Virus record (IMG/VR): IMGVR_UViG_3300036786_000120
Span: 1-46,339 of that record
Direction: 5' to 3' (one strand)
DNA length: 46,339 nucleotides
Source of the DNA: a virus
Lineage: Duplodnaviria > Caudoviricetes
Shown: piece by piece, positions 45,551 to 46,339 of the stretch
Numbering within the stretch: position 1 is the stretch's first letter
How the letters are laid out: each line of letters starts with the position of its first letter
Translations under genes and position numbers: made by a program
Notes under the pieces: generated by a model
The model's input: the letters and a program-made list of their open reading frames with translations, nothing else
Databases searched by the model: none
Told to the model about the DNA's origin: nothing

Positions 45551-46150
45551 ATGGCTGACGACCCGAACAAGCCGGCCGCCGGCGACCCCGCCGACCCCGC
45601 CGTCGATCCCAACGCCGACCCGAACCCCGATCCCAACGCCGACCCGCCCGCGGACCCGAACCCCAATCCGGACCCCGCCGCGGACGCCGACAAGGAGAAG
45701 AACCGGTCCGGCTACGAGCAGCGGCAGCTCAAGAAGCAGCTCGACGATCTGCGGAAGGAGCTGGACGGCTACAAGCGGCGCGACGACGACACCCGGAAGG
45801 CGAAGCTCACCGAGCAGGAGCGGCTGAAGGAAGAGCGGGACAACGCGGTCGCTGAGGCCGAGAAGCTCCGGAACGAAGCGGTGCGCAACAAAGTCGCCGC
45901 GGAGTTCAAGCTCCCGGCGGCGATGTCCGCCCGCCTGATCGGCAGCGACGAAGAGGCGCTCCGCGCCGACGCCGCCGAGCTGGCGAAGCTCCTGCCGAAG
46001 CCGCGGGTCGGCAGCCCCACCGATCCCCTGAAGGACGGGCCTAACGGCATCCCCACCTATACCCGCTCGCAGCTCCGCGCCAACCCCAAGCTGGCGATGG
46101 AGATCGCGGACAAGTACCGCCGGGGCGAGGTGCGGGTGATCGAAGGCTAA
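45551..46150 (+). CDS. Capsid scaffolding protein
   Basis: Asp/Pro-rich N-terminus, coiled coil 'AKLTEQERL', 'RLIGSDEEALRADA'. Confidence 0.85.
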   Translation: MADDPNKPAAGDPADPAVDPNADPNPDPNADPPADPNPNPDPAADADKEKNRSGYEQRQLKKQLDDLRKELDGYKRRDDDTRKAKLTEQERLKEERDNAVAEAEKLRNEAVRNKVAAEFKLPAAMSARLIGSDEEALRADAAELAKLLPKPRVGSPTDPLKDGPNGIPTYTRSQLRANPKLAMEIADKYRRGEVRVIEG

Positions 46151-46155
46151 CTCTT

Positions 46156-46246
46156 CAGTCCACAGTCCACAGTCCACGGTCTACAGTCCGACGCTTCGAC
46201 GAAGCGGCTCAGGGGACTGTGGACTGTGGACTGTGGACTGTGGACC
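46156..46246. repeat. Inverted pair of GTCCACA arrays
   Basis: Direct ~46156-46189, inverted ~46214-46246. Confidence 0.9.
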
Positions 46247-46339
46247 TTTCCCGAGACCACCATTCCCCGCCGCGCGCCGAGCGATTGCAATACGTGCGCG
46301 AGCGGTTCGCACAATTCCGGGCGCGGCACTCCGACCAGT
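46247..46339 (-). other. trpD: Fragment resembling anthranilate phosphoribosyltransferase (probably foreign/chimeric)
   Basis: Minus strand reads LVGVPRPELCEPLAHVLQSLGARRGMVVSGK, matching the TrpD 'GV..PEL....A.VL..LG....VV.G' segment. Confidence 0.6.

Noticed and set aside
45575-45690. Asp-Pro-Asn repeats in the scaffold N-terminus
   Set aside because: Ordinary low-complexity disordered region typical of scaffolds
46261-46339. Circular join of the window end to base 1 completing the capsid gene
   Set aside because: No suitable start/RBS in the capsid frame; the end looks like foreign trpD

Overview
The window is a nearly complete, GC-rich temperate tailed-phage genome (siphovirus-like), opened inside the major capsid gene. 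Gene order: capsid and head accessories, head-tail joining, major tail, frameshifted tail chaperone, tape measure and tail tip (1-17225); an accessory SWIM/HTH cassette; an intact attP (3' half of tRNA-Ser(TGA) with arm repeats), integrase, ImmA-like relic and repressor/Cro switch; a translationally coupled early operon (Rad52/Sak-like annealase, sigma factor, Rep with internal iterons and a DnaA domain-I-like C-terminus, giant ParB fusion, HerA-like ATPase); a second XerC-like recombinase with a candidate res site; lysis genes including a goose-type lysozyme; then terminase, portal and scaffold. The most unusual layer is non-genic: (i) a family of 30-61 bp palindromic elements with CAAAACCTTTCCAC ends, some translated in-frame inside proteins, and (ii) several heptamer tandem-repeat/hairpin families, notably (GTCCACA)n just after stop codons of late genes. 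The last ~90 bp look like a foreign trpD fragment joined at one of these arrays. All product calls come from motif recognition and synteny by eye; no searches were run.
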